A DNA stretch of 64,000 bases from Monocercomonoides exilis PA203 (lineage: Eukaryota; Protista; Preaxostyla): contig LSRY02000030.1 in NCBI GenBank assembly GCA_001643675.2, positions 682,001 to 746,000 of the forward strand, in the 5' to 3' direction. Below, piece by piece: positions 61,109 through 64,000 of this stretch. Below the pieces are notes generated by a model. That model was given only the letters and a program-made list of their open reading frames with translations, made no database searches and had not been told where the DNA came from. The translations under genes were made by a program, and so were the position numbers. Numbering within the stretch: position 1 is the first letter of the stretch; the number at the start of each line of letters is the position of its first letter.

Positions 61109-64000
61109 GACTCTTGAGGTGTTGTAAAGAAACAAAGATCAAAATAACCTTTATATGCTCTTTCATTCTTAAAAAATCATTTTAGAGAAATAAAATTTTA
61201 AATGTTATTTTTTATAATAATAATAATAGTAATAAAAGCAAAGAAGAATATCCCTTGAAATTATTATTTTTTTAAACATTCTGAAAAAGAAAAGATGATA
61301 TTTTTTGTATGCTTCATTCTTTAGATAAGGAAAAAAATAATTAACATTTTCTGACTTTTTGAAAATTGAAATTTTGATAACATTATTCTTTTCATCGATT
61401 CATTTGCGAATAAAAAATTGATAACGATTTCATCGTTTTTTCACACGAAAAAAGAAAGTTATAATCATAACAGTGTCAAAATACAAATTGTGTCAATGAA
61501 GCAAAAATTCAAAGAATATACCATGATGTTATTGGTCTTCCACAATAAGTTGCTTAACTTTAACTGTTGAAGAAAAATTTTTGTCAAAAAAGAGACCTAG
61601 AGTTTTTTTTTTATTCATTGCCATTTTTTGAATATTGATTGACTGAACTCAATTTCCATTATTTAACAAATTCATAACATAAAATGAAGCATGTTTGAAA
61701 ACATTTCAAAAAAATCACGTTTCTTACGAACAATCACAGTTCAGAGAAAGCTATCGAAACAAAATACATCTCCATTTGAAACTAGTTCAATTTTAATCAA
61801 TTTGAATCCGAAAAAAAAATTTTTTTTTCATAAGACCATTTACAAAAAGAATACAACAAATGATGTCAATTTGCATTCATATTTTGAAAAAACGGAAAAG
61901 TCCAGACTTGTTTCCTTTGAAAAACGATTCGAACGATATAATCACTGAAGCTATAAACTCATCAGAAAAGTGCTTCCATCTGATATAATAGCTTATATAT
62001 GTTCTAAATATGATAAAAACTTTATTCTTAACAATTTCCTTTGCACTTACTTTCCAAAACGAAGCAAAATCCATTTCATCATAAAATATTTTGTATTTCT
62101 TCAACAGTTTCGAATAACACCCCATGGAACACACACAAAAAAAAGACATTAATTTTGCTTTTATAATAAATTCTTTTTCGCTCTTTGATGTTTCACGTTT
62201 GAAGTATTACTGAATTGAAACCATTGATAGTCTTTGCAAAATAGCAGGTGAAAGATAAGCATATAAAATGTCAATTGAATTTGTGCTCATGAAATAATTC
62301 ATATATCACATCAATATTTCCAACAGTTCAAATTTTAATGAGGTTGCTGAGTTGATATAATCAATTTTTTGATTTTAGCAACAATATTTGATTACACTTT
62401 GTTTGAATTAGATCTTTTGCAAGCAAGAATTTCACAAATTGTGAAATTACACTATAAATTATTTCTATTCATAAGGTGCACGACGAGCAAATTCTTAAGT
62501 GTGATAAGAAAAATCGATTCCCTATTAAAAAAAGGAATTTCATAATTTCGATAATAACATGTTGCATGACTAACACTAACGATATTTTCCCATTTTATCC
62601 TTTCTTATACTGCGTCGATTTCCATGTGATCATTAATTCAAAATTATAATGCTCTTAGTTGTGCACTGCATAAACGACATTCAAATAGTTATGAATTGAC
62701 CATTGAATGAAACAAACACTTTCATTTCTTATCAACCGTGGAACTGTTTAAACATTGTAATCTATAATTCATCCAAAATATTATAGGATAAAAATGGTTG
62801 CTAGATGAAAATGAAAAAATCAAAACAATGCTTTGCTGTGATCTTAATCCCTTTTTCATTTGAACAATTCTTTTGTTTTTCAGATAAATCACTGCACATT
62901 GAAATCTAACATTCAGAATTAACATGATGCATAATAAATGATCAATTCATTATATGTCAACTATTTTCTGATTATTCAAATTTATAATAATCTATTTTAA
63001 GAAGATACACCATTCATTTTCGAAATATTCCAATTATTTATTTAATCAAAATTTCATCATCACACATTTCAACAACACATATAGATAAGGCTTCCGCGGA
63101 ATAGATACTTGATTCATATCTGTTTTTACAACCAACAGACTTCAACATCGAAACCTAAATATGATTGGCTTTCTTGATCTTCATGCTGTTAAAGCTTTCA
63201 AATGTTGCATCGATGCATTTTAAATAGAATTGAAAAGAGTGACACACAGAGAATTTATTATGAATTCGTTGGATTCACCATGAAAACATATTGAATTCAT
63301 AAAAATTTTTTGGGGAACACGGATAATGCACTTCGTTTCTTTTGTCAATGTTTCTGGCTTGTTAGGAGCACAAAAAATAAAATTGAGAGGAAAAATCAGA
63401 AATTCTTTTGAAACCATTTATCTGCAACTTGCACACATTCTTCAGAAAAGTTGATAATTTTCAGCTCAAAGTTATGAAATAAGAGGAGAACAATAAAATG
63501 AAAATGTGAAAGTTATCAATGCTCAAAATAAAATCATTAAGAAATTATCATAAATGCGAATTTGAGTGAAAAAACGTTTAATGAATGAAGAATTCAGTAT
63601 GATATTTGTTTCACATATGTGCATCCCTTTAGAGCAGCAAGATAATATACTACCACAGACGGGAGCAACAATCAAATGATGTCGGTTAATATAATCACCA
63701 TTCTTCATCAAACACTCGAATTCCAAAAGAAATCAATTGTTTTCTTTTTCTTCTTCATAATTATCATACCATCAGTTTATTGATAATCAGTGGTAAGAGT
63801 AGATCTTCTCGCAAATGTCTAACACGAAGAACGCATCTTAAATCTCAACATTCATGATGCTGTGCGCATAAACGTAACTCTCAAAAGATGACTGCATCGA
63901 TATCGAATTAACATTGAAAAATATGCTTCAAATTGTTCATTGAACTGATACAAAATAAAAAATTCACATATTATCCATGATGCTTCCCGAAGATAAGTTA

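Noticed and set aside
61400-64000. Short minus-strand ORFs at the window end
   Set aside because: They could be exons of an intron-rich or decayed gene, but no consistent model or motif could be built.
1-64000. CRISPR arrays, rRNA or tRNA genes, prokaryotic operons
   Set aside because: No regularly spaced repeats or recognisable structural RNA genes were seen, and the DNA is eukaryotic with spliceosomal introns.

Overview
AT-rich eukaryotic (protist) genomic DNA with short GT-AG introns and the standard genetic code. The gene families present (giant beta-helix/TM/pseudokinase receptors, an 'EKNEKLLVDLCECY' multigene family, poly-Ser tracts) resemble an oxymonad such as Monocercomonoides; this is inference and was not checked by a search. 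The left ~34 kb is repeat- and pseudogene-rich. It holds three copies of a lineage-specific gene family and a decayed DIRS-like tyrosine-recombinase retroelement (~8791-13585) that keeps inverted termini and an internal complementary region (ICR) matching both ends. It also holds a 9.2-kb receptor-pseudokinase gene broken by two in-frame TGAs and a frameshift, a pogo/DDE_1 transposon with TIRs and a TA duplication, TA-flanked MITEs nested in other elements, and a 316-bp near-perfect palindrome. The right ~30 kb holds apparently intact genes: an ABCC transporter, a GSK3-like kinase with a very long Ser-rich tail, a GH20 hexosaminidase, a hypothetical protein, a 7-TM protein and a GH14 beta-amylase. 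A nested MITE pair and a foldback element lie near 58-59 kb.
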